A stretch of DNA of 64,000 nt from NCBI GenBank assembly GCA_051546255.1, contig CP128821.1:1-64000 (forward strand). Reading direction: 5' to 3'. Position numbers and translations under genes: made by a program. Below the pieces are notes generated by a model that was not told the origin of the DNA, did not search any database, and saw only the letters and a program-made list of their open reading frames with translations. Below are positions 10,503-21,747 of the stretch, piece after piece. Each line of letters begins with the position of its first letter. Positions within the stretch are counted from its first letter, which is position 1. The stretch is from Meyerozyma guilliermondii (Eukaryota).

Positions 10503-12230
10503 ATGCAAGAAAAATCACATGAGCCTTTTTACGATTGTAATGAAAACAAATCTTCAAAAAAGTTTCGGTTTTGGGACTTTTCTATAATCGGGACTATTTT
10601 GTCATTCTTAGGAATTGTCTACCTTCTTAACCAGAGATATTTGCTGATTCCAGAAACAATTTCTAGTCAATGCCCTACAGTACAAAAACTAGTACCTGAA
10701 AATAATGCAGAGCTTTCCAATATTGACCAATTCCACAGCAACGTGTATTCAAATTACTCGTTAAAAGTGTGGAGCGACGCAGTCAGAATTCCCACTTTGA
10801 ATTGGGATGATTTAGGAAAGGTTGGAGATGACTCCAGATGGGAGATTTTTGAAGATTTTGCTAACTATCTTGTCAAAACGTTTACTGTTGTAACTTCCAA
10901 TTCCAAGCTAGAAAAAGTTAATACTTATGGATTGGTATTCACAATTGAAGGTTCCAATAAATCTTTGAAGCCTATATTATTGGCGGGTCACCAGGACGTG
11001 GTACCTGTACCCGATGAAACTGCAGACCGCTGGACTTACCCTCCCTTTGAAGGGCATTTTGATGGAAAATTTCTTTGGGGAAGAGGATCAAGTGATTGCA
11101 AAAATAATGTAATTGGAATATTCGAAGCTCTTGATGAGCTATTGAAACGAGGATTCAAACCAAAGAGAACCATTATTGTTGCACTTGGGTTTGACGAGGA
11201 GACAAGTGGAAACCAAGGAGCTACTGCAATCAATGAATTTCTCATAAAGAAGTATGGGGAAAAATCTATCTTTATGATTGTTGATGAAGGTGGGTTGGGA
11301 ATTCAGGATATATATGGTTCCAGATTTGCCTTACCTTCAACCGGAGAAAAAGGATATATTGATGTCGTTATTGACTTGATAACTACTGGTGGACATTCCT
11401 CAGTCCCACCAAGACATACAGGGATTGGTATTATCGCTGAACTTGTGAAGGAAATTGAAGACAAGGAATACGACTTGGATCTTACACCTAAAAATCCATA
11501 CTTTTACCAGTTGCAATGTGAGGCTGAGAATGCAAAGGCTATGGACAAAGCCTTCAAAAAAGATATTTTAAAGCTCTCATCAAATGTTGCAGCCAAGAAG
11601 AGAGTTCTTGACGTTTTAAGGGCTGATGATACAACTAAAGCGCTAATATCAACTACTCAAGCTATTGACATTATATTTGGTGGCTTGAAAATCAATGCTC
11701 TTCCAGAAAAAGTTACTGTCAAAATTAATCACCGTGTTGGATATGATTCTTCCTTAGTAGATGTTCACCTGAAGATCACCGACGCAGTTGCAAAAGTGGC
11801 CAAGAAGTTTTCTCTCAATGCAAATGTATTTGGAAGAAGGATTGTGACAAACTCTGAGAGCGAAGCATATTTTAATGTTACGGATGATTCTCCTCTTAGT
11901 CCTGCCCCTCTTACGTTTCCTTACGGTAACCCTACCTGGGATATTTTGGGTGGTACAATAAAGCATGTTTTTGAGGACTTTGCATCTTTCGAAGGATATG
12001 ATCCTTCTGTCAGCAGAGAAGTAACTGTTGCACCATCTTGCATGACTGGAAATACAGATACCCGCCATTATTGGGACTTGTCGGATAACATCTACAGATT
12101 TACACCTATAAGACAAGACATGCGGTTGAATGCTCATGCTATTGATGAAAGAGTTGCTCTTGATGCTCACATTGAGGGGGTGGTATTCTACTACGAACTC
12201 ATTCGAAATGCCGATGCTTTTAGTGGGTAG
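10503..12230 (+). CDS. CPS1: Gly-X carboxypeptidase S (M20 family, vacuolar type II membrane protein)
   Basis: N-terminal TM. Motifs KPILLAGHQDVVPV, WGRGSSDCK, GFDEE, DEGG, GGHSSVPP, GNTDTRHYW and HAIDE. ATG at 10503. Confidence 0.9.
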   Translation: MQEKSHEPFYDCNENKSSKKFRFWDFSIIGTILSFLGIVYLLNQRYLLIPETISSQCPTVQKLVPENNAELSNIDQFHSNVYSNYSLKVWSDAVRIPTLNWDDLGKVGDDSRWEIFEDFANYLVKTFTVVTSNSKLEKVNTYGLVFTIEGSNKSLKPILLAGHQDVVPVPDETADRWTYPPFEGHFDGKFLWGRGSSDCKNNVIGIFEALDELLKRGFKPKRTIIVALGFDEETSGNQGATAINEFLIKKYGEKSIFMIVDEGGLGIQDIYGSRFALPSTGEKGYIDVVIDLITTGGHSSVPPRHTGIGIIAELVKEIEDKEYDLDLTPKNPYFYQLQCEAENAKAMDKAFKKDILKLSSNVAAKKRVLDVLRADDTTKALISTTQAIDIIFGGLKINALPEKVTVKINHRVGYDSSLVDVHLKITDAVAKVAKKFSLNANVFGRRIVTNSESEAYFNVTDDSPLSPAPLTFPYGNPTWDILGGTIKHVFEDFASFEGYDPSVSREVTVAPSCMTGNTDTRHYWDLSDNIYRFTPIRQDMRLNAHAIDERVALDAHIEGVVFYYELIRNADAFSG

Positions 12231-12307
12231 AAATTAGATTTGACCAATGGATGAAAACTCTAATATCTTGATTAACTACTCTATCAATAAATTGAACTCA
12301 AATTTAT

Positions 12308-14982
12308 TCAATTCTGAGGGCTAAATAATAAGTCGCCTTTCTTTTGTTCTTCAAAATCTGGAAAGCACTTTCTTAGTTTTCCATCGTTGAAAGTGAACGC
12401 AAGCAGCGCTCCAAAGTCAAAAGGATTTCCTTCAAAAATCACGAAGTCATTGGCTGGACGAAGAGAAAAAATCTCATTGACATTTCTGCTCAAGAGAGAA
12501 ATTGTTTCGTCTTCACTAAAGCCACTTATGCTTCTCGCTGCCAATCCAGCCTCCCATAGAAGTCTTCTTGCGGAATTGTCATCGTCTGTTCCAAGTGCAA
12601 TTTTGACACCAGCATTATGGAGAATACTTATGGAGGATTCTTCCAATAATGGCTGATTTGGAGAGCACAACCTATTTTCCCAAGTTTTAGCTGTGCATCT
12701 CCAAGGAGCCAAAACAACAGGAATATTGACAGCAGCAAGTTCATCAGCGATCAAGTATGCTTCTTGCCCTCCAATGATAATGAAATCTTTGTTCTTCAAT
12801 TCCTTCTTAAGTCTGATGATTTGTCTTATAACTCCCTTATTATGAGTATGTATAGCTATCGGAAGGTTTTTATACTCAGTATCAAGGCTGCTTAGTATTT
12901 GCTTCAATTTTTGTATCTGGAAAGAAATACTTGGAGTCAGATCTGACTTGGCAGAGTTACCAATTGTAAAGTGAATGGCCACAGCATCATCAATAATAGC
13001 TTCATCGAGTGTTTTTGCACCCAATGCAAATCTTGTACTAACACCTTTCAAGAATTGGTCCCCCAATGGAGCTGTAATTGCTAGGGTGATTCCACTATCA
13101 CGAAGACGTTCAACCATCAAACTATCAAGCGAAAGTCCATATACTGAATGTGGAATATCACCAATGGCATCTGGAATTATTCCATCAGAAGTATCACTCT
13201 CATTAGGCATTTCTTGTAAGCCGATACTTTGTGATAAACCAGTTATTGCAGGAAGGATATACCCCCCGTTGAGCTGTACGTTGGGAGTGTTTTCGTAGTT
13301 TTCAACTTGACAAAATTCAGAACCACCAAGACAAATTAACTCATTTTCTGCTATCACAGCAACATACTGACCGTCTTCTGAATCACAAATCTTTGAAATT
13401 TTACTTTGGTCAACTAAATCATCACTAATACGGTTGACAAGGCCCAGAATAATAAATGTTCTTTGTGTTGGGCATCGTTCCGGTGCTGTTTCCTTTGCTT
13501 TGGTACCTCATATTTGTCTTTTCCACTGATTTTTGTAAAGTTGAAAATTGGAATTCCATCCACCAACACCTCTTTAGCTTTTGCACCCAATATTAAAGGA
13601 TGGTTATCCCAAACAACTAAATCTGCATCGTAACCTTCTCTGACATAACCAATCCGATGTCCCATGCCCATAGTTAAAGCAGGAACTGAAGTAATAGCAG
13701 AAATAGCCTTTTCAGGTGCAAGACCAAAACTATGTGCTATCTGAGCATAGTATAGAAGATCTTGACCAGGAAGAGCCGGATGATCTGTCTTGATCGAGAC
13801 AGGAATTCCATAGTCGGACAATATCTTAGGTGCATAGACGGTTCCTTCAGACATTTCCTTCTTCTTTCCCCACTCATCAGCAAATATTGCAACAGAGCTG
13901 TTGTGATTTTTCAATAGTTCAAGAACTTTCCAACTCGATAGCGCATGATGAAAAGATCCTATATGAAAACCAAATTCATCAGCTATTCTCAATAGAGCCT
14001 CAATATCATAAGTTTCGTATACATGAACGTTAATATTGAAATCACCTCGAAGTATAGCTGCCACATTATCGAGCTCAAAGTCCCTTGGATATTCAGTTTT
14101 CTGCAATTGAGGACTACGACACCATTCATCTTGCTTCTGGACTAAAGCTTGACCCTCCTGAAAAACCTTTCTCAAGTCCCAGGCCTCTCCCATTCTACTC
14201 ACAGGATAGCCTGGTGCATGGCTAGACTTTTCGTTTTCGCCATAAGCCATCTTGAACCAACGAATTGGTTTATTGTCCTCTCCAATGTTAGCATTGTACT
14301 GAATAAGAAGCTCATCAACAAGATTATTGGGCGACCTATGCATTTTTATGGCGTAAGATTCACCACTAAGCAAGTTTCTGCTTCCTGTCAAAACTAAATG
14401 GGATGTAACACCACTGGCTACTAGACTTTCAAGCTCAGGGTCTTGTGGGTCTAAGCCATCAATTGCTCTAACATAAGGTGTGATAGGTCCCAGGAACTCA
14501 TTTGTATCTTCCGTTGCTTTCAATTGAGGCTGTACTCTTGTTCCAAAATGAGAATGAATATCCACCAAACCTGGAGAAACAAAACTACCGTTCAAATCAA
14601 GAAACGTAGAGTAGGATTCTGTCAACAGAAGCTTTTTCCCCAAGCGAACAATAGTACTGTTTTTTACCAATATATCCATATCTTTCAAAATTGTACCATC
14701 ACCATCAATTATGGTAGCGTTGGAAAGTAAGAAAGATTCATGATTGAAAAGAACATTTCTCTCGTTAATTCTTTTCCTATCTGGAGAATAATGTGGCTTG
14801 ATAGTGCTTGTCTTGCAAAACTCCAAGACATCATCAACATGTTCAGCTTGAACACTATTTTGAAGATCTTTCAAAATCGCTATTATAGTGACAATAGCGA
14901 GCACAAAGGATATAAAGAAAACCCTCCTATATCTCTTTTTAAGCTCAATTAACTCCTGGACTGTATTGAAAATGTGAGTCAT
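12308..14982 (-). pseudogene. Second double-domain amidohydrolase (paralog of 7311-10094) split by a 1-bp frameshift near 13490
   Basis: ORF 13414-14982 has SPGLVDIHSH, KMAYGEN, HVYE and KTDHP. The shifted frame reads ...TAPERCPTQRTFIISGLVNR... straight into ORF 12308-13357, which aligns with the paralog's C-terminal domain. One added base gives 891 aa. Confidence 0.85.
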
Positions 14983-15236
14983 GGTACAAGTTCCCAAGGA
15001 TTTTGAAACTCATGGCATTCCTCATGTATAACATTAGCTTCATTGACGGAACCATTGAGCCGCACGGTGGGGTCCCAAAAGGGCAACTGCCCAATTGGAA
15101 TTTTGCAACCGAATTCAGTAATACCAGTTTTGACAATCATTTGCGGCATAGTTCAATGCTCGTAAGACCTGGTATATCACAGTTCAGGTTAGATAAAAGA
15201 ATATCGAATTAATTGGTGATTTCGCGTCTTTTCATT

Positions 15237-16811
15237 ATGGATGAAAATTCTTCATTAATTCCCGATGAAGATGATATTACTGACAGTGCGAAGTTGCAAA
15301 ATGATCAAACTGACTTTCAAAACGATTTTATGAGTATCAATAAATGGGCAATTATACCCTCACTTTGGTGTGGAGCATTTTTAGCAGCTTTGGACTCAAC
15401 TATCATCACCGCAACTTATACTGTAATTGGTACAGAATTCAAAAAATCAGAACAAGCTTCATGGATTGCAACATTGTACATGCTTTCATCTTCTGCATTT
15501 CAGCCATTGTACGGTGGTCTTAGTGATATGTTTGGCCGTAAGATAGTTCTCGTTTATGCTAATGCCATATTCTTACTAGGTTCTTTTGGATGTTATCTTG
15601 CTCAAACTATGACCCAGTTACTAGTTGCACGAGTGGTTGCGGGAATAGGTGGTGCTGGATTGGGAACACTCAGTTCAATAATAGTCAGTGATTTGGTTCC
15701 ATTGAAAGAAAGAAGCACATATAATGGATTTGCCAATTTGGTATTTGGTATAGGTCAAGTAATTGGTGCTCCTGTAGGAGGTTACTTGGCAGACAGTCTT
15801 GGTTGGAGATACGCATTTTTGATCCAATGTCCTATCACTGCAATATCGATTTTAATCATTCATTATCGGGTTCGCTTACCAGTGAAATCATCTGCAAGGG
15901 CAAGATTGAGAGACATAGATTTTGTGGGCTCAATTTTTTTAATTGGTGCTGTCATACTTGCACTTCTTGCACTTCAATTTCTGAAAAGTAGAGGAGCTTC
16001 TCAGATAACATTGCTAACACTTTGTTGCAGCATTTGCTGTTTTATGTTGACATTCTATGTCGAATCCGTGGTACAAAACCCCATAATTCTGATAAAAGTC
16101 TTATTAAGTAGAAACCCACTACTTTCAGGTCTTACCAATTTCTTCGGATATATGGGCTTTTTCTCAATCACTTTCAATATTCCATTGTTCTTACAGGTGA
16201 TCCATGATGAACCCGCTAGTAAAGCTGGATCGAGACTTATTACTAGTGTTGTTGGTATGTGTGTCGGTTCTTTAACAGCAGGAGTCATAACCAGAAAAAC
16301 CAAAAGATATTATGAGTTGGTTGTCTTAGGAGTGATTTGTGAGATAGTTGGAAGTGTTTTGGTTTCAACGTTTCTGCAAGAAACAGCAAGCTGGAAATTC
16401 CAATTATACTTATTTCCCAGCGGACTCGGTCATGGTTTGGTATTGAGTTCCACATTAATGGCCATTATTTCTTCAGTCAAGAAATCCGAGCAAGCTAAGG
16501 CAACATCTATGAGTTACCTCTTCCGGGTTCTAGGATCTGCGTTTGGAGTTTCACTAACATCCACGCTAAACTCTTTTCTTTTGAGAAAATGGTTAACTGT
16601 AGCTTTGGAAAACATTCCAGGTAACAAGCAGATTACTGACAAGGTTATGCATTCATTTTTGGACATCAGAAATCTTCCGCAGGGAATAAGAAGCTTAGTT
16701 AAACAAGAATTTGCTGGCATGCTCCACACATCCTTTTCTTTGGTCATTTTGATCGAATTTGTTTCATTGTCATTTGCTGTTTTCATAAAGCAATATTCTT
16801 TAGATCGTTGA
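15237..16811 (+). CDS. DHA2-family MFS transporter, vacuolar basic amino acid transporter (VBA)-like
   Basis: Motifs FLAALDSTI, FQPLYGGLSDMFGRK, SDLVPLKER, GAPVGG and WRYAFLIQCP; about 14 hydrophobic segments. ATG at 15237. Confidence 0.85.
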   Translation: MDENSSLIPDEDDITDSAKLQNDQTDFQNDFMSINKWAIIPSLWCGAFLAALDSTIITATYTVIGTEFKKSEQASWIATLYMLSSSAFQPLYGGLSDMFGRKIVLVYANAIFLLGSFGCYLAQTMTQLLVARVVAGIGGAGLGTLSSIIVSDLVPLKERSTYNGFANLVFGIGQVIGAPVGGYLADSLGWRYAFLIQCPITAISILIIHYRVRLPVKSSARARLRDIDFVGSIFLIGAVILALLALQFLKSRGASQITLLTLCCSICCFMLTFYVESVVQNPIILIKVLLSRNPLLSGLTNFFGYMGFFSITFNIPLFLQVIHDEPASKAGSRLITSVVGMCVGSLTAGVITRKTKRYYELVVLGVICEIVGSVLVSTFLQETASWKFQLYLFPSGLGHGLVLSSTLMAIISSVKKSEQAKATSMSYLFRVLGSAFGVSLTSTLNSFLLRKWLTVALENIPGNKQITDKVMHSFLDIRNLPQGIRSLVKQEFAGMLHTSFSLVILIEFVSLSFAVFIKQYSLDR

Positions 16812-16823
16812 GATAGCATTGAA

Positions 16824-18712
16824 TCATAGTATAAAATAGCCCGTTAGTTCTTCCATTACCGCTCCAATATCAACTCTTTGATTTAATTTACCTTGTCGCT
16901 TGATGCACTCTTTCAAAAGAATTTTAGTCTTTCCAATATGTAAACCCCATCCTTCTTCTTCACATCTTTCCAATTCTTCAAGAATCCAGTTCTGATGTAC
17001 TACATCATCAGTTTCAACGCCTGCTATGAAGAGGGGAAAAGGCCATTGAGTAGAACCAGGGGTTTTCAGAGACCTTATTTCCCGAAGCTTAAGGGCTACC
17101 TTAAGGATCTCGTATGCAGCAAGTTGACATTTTTCGTTCGTTCGAATGTTGGGGTTGCATATCCGATCAAAGTAAATTATTGAAGCATGAACAAGTGCTT
17201 TTATGATCAAGATGTGGAATAGCGACACAGAATCATTTGCCTTGATTGATGATAGTTTCTGAGTTTCAATGTAGAGTGCATCAATTCTTTCTTGAACAGA
17301 TTGGGGATCAAATTCAGTCGAGTTTCCACACAGTTCAAACCAGCATCTTAGCCTAATTAGTGTTCCAAACATGAGCATATTTTTAACCATTAAAACCAAA
17401 ATCTGGTCTTGTAAATCGTCAGTCGATTGAAAATCTTTGGGGTAGGATGGCCCATACATACTGCTCAAAACTTGTCGTGAGTTGGCAAATATGTTGTACA
17501 CTGCTTTTGACTCATACTTGTCAGCAATAGTTAGATACTCCAAGTCCGAGCTTCTTTCGTATTTTGCAGTAAAATCTTCTCTTCTTTTATCTTCAAGAGC
17601 AATGTAATCAGGAAAACTGATATTGCCGACGAAGAGTGCAGACCTGATATCCAAGTAAACGAGCCAGGTGATTATTTGGTATGCAAAAGCGCTCAAAACA
17701 GGCAACTTTCTATCAATTCGAGTATGTTCTCCATCATTTTTTTCCTTAGGCTCAAATATCAACCCAATTCTACCAGTTGACCAAACATGTCTAAGGATCC
17801 AAATCGTATTTGTTTCTCCGCACATGATATCAAAATGGCAAAGAAAAAATGCTGAAGCCAAGAGAAGCTCGATTGGAATAGAACTTTTCAAAAAATTTTC
17901 TTTTATCACCGAGGAAATAGCGCTTTGAAAATAGTTTTTCGCCGTGGTTAAGGGGGTACCTTCAACGATACTTAGATGCAAACTTGACCATGCAAGTATA
18001 CTCTCTTTCAATGGAATATACCGATAAGCAAAGACATTAGACACTATTGAATAGAAATTCCATTGTGGCTCTTTAACACTGTAGAATTTGCACATTACTC
18101 GACAATAATGACATACTAGTCGAAATTCATTTTGTATCACCGGATCTTCAAGTTTGTCCAGTTTGTTGATCACAAGTGTATTTGAAGATTCTTGTTCGCC
18201 ATAAGGATTGCATTTAGGAGAGTTTAGAGTTGTAACAGTTGCTGAATTACCATTCAATGGCTTTTTTAGTATATCATCCATCCATTCACCTCTTTTGTCT
18301 TCTTCTTCAGTGATGCGGTCGTAAAACTCACCAAGCATCTTTATGTTAGCAGATACAATAAATTTGGAAAAAATTCACTTACATTTATACCATAGCTCTT
18401 GGCTGGAATCATAAGATCCTCTAATTCTTTTTGAAACATTCTGGAAAAAGAGTCATTTTCCTCCAATGCACGAATCTGGTCCACAGACAACGGAGAAACA
18501 TCACCCTCATTGTACTGGTATGTGAAATTGTCAGTAACATTTTTAGTTTTGGATTGTCGTTGATCTTCATTAAACGGTTTAGACATGACAAATGGCTCCT
18601 TAAACTTCAGGGATCCTGGTATGGGAGCCTTTTTCTTCTTTTTCATATTCTTCTTATTGATAACATATGAGGTTTCGTCTATGATTCTTAACAGATTGTT
18701 ATTATTTACCAT
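16824..18712 (-). CDS. Fungal-specific transcription factor domain protein (Fungal_trans_2-like), join(18383..18712,16824..18338), 614 aa, no visible Zn2Cys6 cluster
   Basis: 44-nt phase-0 intron 18339-18382 (GTAAGT...TGCTAAC ATAAAG) fuses the two ORFs in frame. C-terminal WPFPLFIAGVE and ILAWSSLH motifs; basic KKNMKKKKK NLS-like stretch. Confidence 0.75.
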
Positions 18713-19109
18713 TGTATAAAATCTGTGGACTCCTCCAGTAGATCTTATCTACTACTTGCACCCATGCACCCATGAACCCCACGCAAAATTCTTCGATAGA
18801 TAAATGATATAATACTGAAGGTAATCACATATCGAAATGTTTTCGCTTTCAAAAAACTAGGAACAATGTTTTGGTTAAAGGAATGCCAATTATACCAAAA
18901 TGGTATACCTTAGTAGTTTCAAGTACATGCGGCTCATTGTTATATAAGCCAATTTTTCACATTTAAGATCTGATTTTAGCGACTTTGATCTCAGAATTAT
19001 TATGAGCCCGTTGGGTGCAACTATGAACAACAAAGCTTAATTTCAAGTAAAGCAAACTATACAAGTGGTATATATCAATTACCATGGTCCAAATCCAGAA
19101 AAATTGCTC

Positions 19110-20723
19110 CTATAACTTTCCCTGAAAGTGCTTGAGTTCGTCGGTATCATAGTCATACACTTCCTTACCTTCAAAATAGGTCTTATAGACAATTGTGTCA
19201 GCAATTGATGGAGCCGAAGTCAAATCTCTATCCAAGATAATGAAATTGGCCAACTTTCCAGCTTCGATAGTGCCTTCATCTTTCTCCCTAGAAACGGCCT
19301 CTGCCCCATGGATAGTGACCATTTTAATGACTTCTTCTCTAGTCAAGTCCCATCCATGCTTGTTCTCGGTTAACGCTTGCAAACCAGGAAAAATATTGGG
19401 GGTGTCGGGAGCAAATACCCAATCGGAACCAATGGTCAAAAGTGCGCCATATTTCTTCAAGTTGTTAAATGGGTAGACTGACTTTGGATTGGTTTCAGGT
19501 TGAAAGTCAGGGTCGTGCCAGATAGCAGGAGACATCTCGGCAGTTATATTCAACGCCTTGTAACGCTTGCAATCTTCTTCTGTAACATCCATGTTGTGAG
19601 CCAATTCGTGCTTTGGACCATTAGGGTTTCTCTTTCTCAATTCCTCAAAGCAATCCAAGGCAAACCGAGCTGAACCTTGGCCACAAACATGGACCTTACA
19701 GGTTCTTCCCTCACCGTCAAACCGCTCAATAGCCTTTTTGAACGTTTCTTGTGGAATCAATAATCTCGAATAGTCAACCTTACCATCTTCCGTCAAAGGA
19801 GTATGGGTTTCATGAGGATGCCAAGGAACACCATCGATCCAGCACTTAGTGAACATTGGATTAAAGTGTTTGCTTTTGTAGTTCTTGGCGTTCCACAAAG
19901 TGTGGTGTAACGATCCAACACTTTCCTGAGGAAAAGCACCAACTCCATAGAACACAACATGAGCATCCAAATTAATGGTTAAATCGCCCAGACTTTCCAA
20001 CGTTTTGGCAGCTTCAAGATAGACGGTGTTGGCAGAAGCTTCTTGCACGGCGGTGAAACCAAATCTATTGGACATCTTCACACCATATTGAAGTGCTTTG
20101 ACGTTATCTTCAGGTCTTCCCTTTGGCAACGAATTGAAAAGCCGAGTAGCAGCTCCTTCAACCAATTCTCCAGTGATGGTACCATCCTCTCTGCGAACAT
20201 AGTATCCATCCCAAGGGTCAATTGGATCCTCCTCGTACCCAGCTGCCCTCAATGCTGCAGTATTGGCAAAAATATTGTGAGTAGTATACTCTCTAATGAC
20301 AACTGGTTGGTCGCCAAAAGCATCATCAAGAAACTTTCTGTCCGGTTTTTTGTCCTTGAAGTTGGCATAGTGGTAAAAATTACCCACTAACCAATTGCTG
20401 ACGGTATCCAAATGGTTGCAAGCACCACTCGAATACTCTTTAAATTTTGCAACAATTTCATCGGGTCCGGAATCCTGACCCAACTTGGCTTCAAACAACT
20501 TTTCCTCGCTAGCCATTAACAAGTGACAATGGGCATCGTGCATTCCAGGCATGACAAACTTTCCTTTCAAATCGACCACATTCATTCCTGAACTTTTCTT
20601 GGTAATTTCCTCGGTCGACCCAATGGCTTCGAAAAGCCCTTCATCATTCACAATGAAGGCTTCAGCCCTTGGACTGGCTTCGTTGACAGTGTAGACATTT
20701 CCGTTGATATATGCAGTTGGCAT
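19110..20723 (-). CDS. Amidohydrolase 3 family protein (YtcJ/NfdA-like)
   Basis: Motifs DLKGKFVMPGMHDAHCH, TGELVE, KVHVCG, HELAH, IGSDW and GTIEAGKLANFIILDRD. Confidence 0.88.
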   Translation of the reverse strand: MPTAYINGNVYTVNEASPRAEAFIVNDEGLFEAIGSTEEITKKSSGMNVVDLKGKFVMPGMHDAHCHLLMASEEKLFEAKLGQDSGPDEIVAKFKEYSSGACNHLDTVSNWLVGNFYHYANFKDKKPDRKFLDDAFGDQPVVIREYTTHNIFANTAALRAAGYEEDPIDPWDGYYVRREDGTITGELVEGAATRLFNSLPKGRPEDNVKALQYGVKMSNRFGFTAVQEASANTVYLEAAKTLESLGDLTINLDAHVVFYGVGAFPQESVGSLHHTLWNAKNYKSKHFNPMFTKCWIDGVPWHPHETHTPLTEDGKVDYSRLLIPQETFKKAIERFDGEGRTCKVHVCGQGSARFALDCFEELRKRNPNGPKHELAHNMDVTEEDCKRYKALNITAEMSPAIWHDPDFQPETNPKSVYPFNNLKKYGALLTIGSDWVFAPDTPNIFPGLQALTENKHGWDLTREEVIKMVTIHGAEAVSREKDEGTIEAGKLANFIILDRDLTSAPSIADTIVYKTYFEGKEVYDYDTDELKHFQGKL

Positions 20724-21747
20724 AGTGGTGATTTCTCAAGACTTGTGAAGTTGGTCTTTTTATGGGGGAATTTTTCACGGTTTAACTCCCTGCGTATTCA
20801 GTAATGTTTTCCCCCGGGAGCCATTGCCAATACCGACTACATTTTCCTAAATCTATTATAAAGCTCTGAATGCTGGTAATTGCTAAATTACAGTGATAAG
20901 CATGTGAGCCGCAACAAAGCTTTATCTAAGATTGAGCCGCATCAATTACGTTGTCTGAAATAAGGTTCAATTACGTTATTGTTAAATGCGATCTATAAGG
21001 CTTGGAAGAAACACCAGTTTTCTCCTAAAAGTTCATTGGGTCAATACTGTTCTATTTTAGTCAAAGTATCAGGAACCCAGAAAAGAAATCCCGACTATTC
21101 ATTTCCCGAAATTTTTAGATTTTTGTCACAAATATTAGTGAAGAACTGTTCTGCGCTTGCAACAAAGCCGGTCCAGCGTGCAGATTTAGTGCATATCGTC
21201 TAGAAAATAATTCGTTATCTGTCCGAATTAGATCTGAGGCTGTACAAAATGGGAGATAACATCTCAATTCGGGACAAAGCTACCGCCAGTTGCCTGTTTA
21301 GTGTGCAGCAGATCTCGGTAATCTTTCTTATTTTCCAGACAGTTTGTGCAATATGGGTACTGACTGTGGGCTTATACAAATAAGATTTCACACGAACAGA
21401 AGATTTACTAGCAAGACATACCCATCCTCAAATTTCATTTGGAGCACATCTTGAAACTTGATCAAGATGCAAGTTTTCAACACTACGGATAAATTGACCT
21501 TATTGAACCATTCGGGTCTCTATCCTATTGCGTATTGGATCTGCAGCAATGCTCAATTCGAGATAAGAAACAAGAAAGCCCGTGGAGAAAATTAACAAAC
21601 TCGGAGAATATCTCCACGATAAGATTGTCCAAATTTCAAAGACTTACTTGAGCAATGTCACGTTCAGATAGACACCAACTAGGTGATATTATCCCTCGTT
21701 TTCGATTATAAAAATCTATGCTCTGAAAGGCTGAACGAATAATTACC
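20724..21747. promoter_or_regulatory. Divergent promoter with multiple GATA sites
   Basis: GATAAG at 20895, 21562 and 21618; GATAAC at 21255; several TTATC. Lies between head-to-head genes. Confidence 0.5.
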
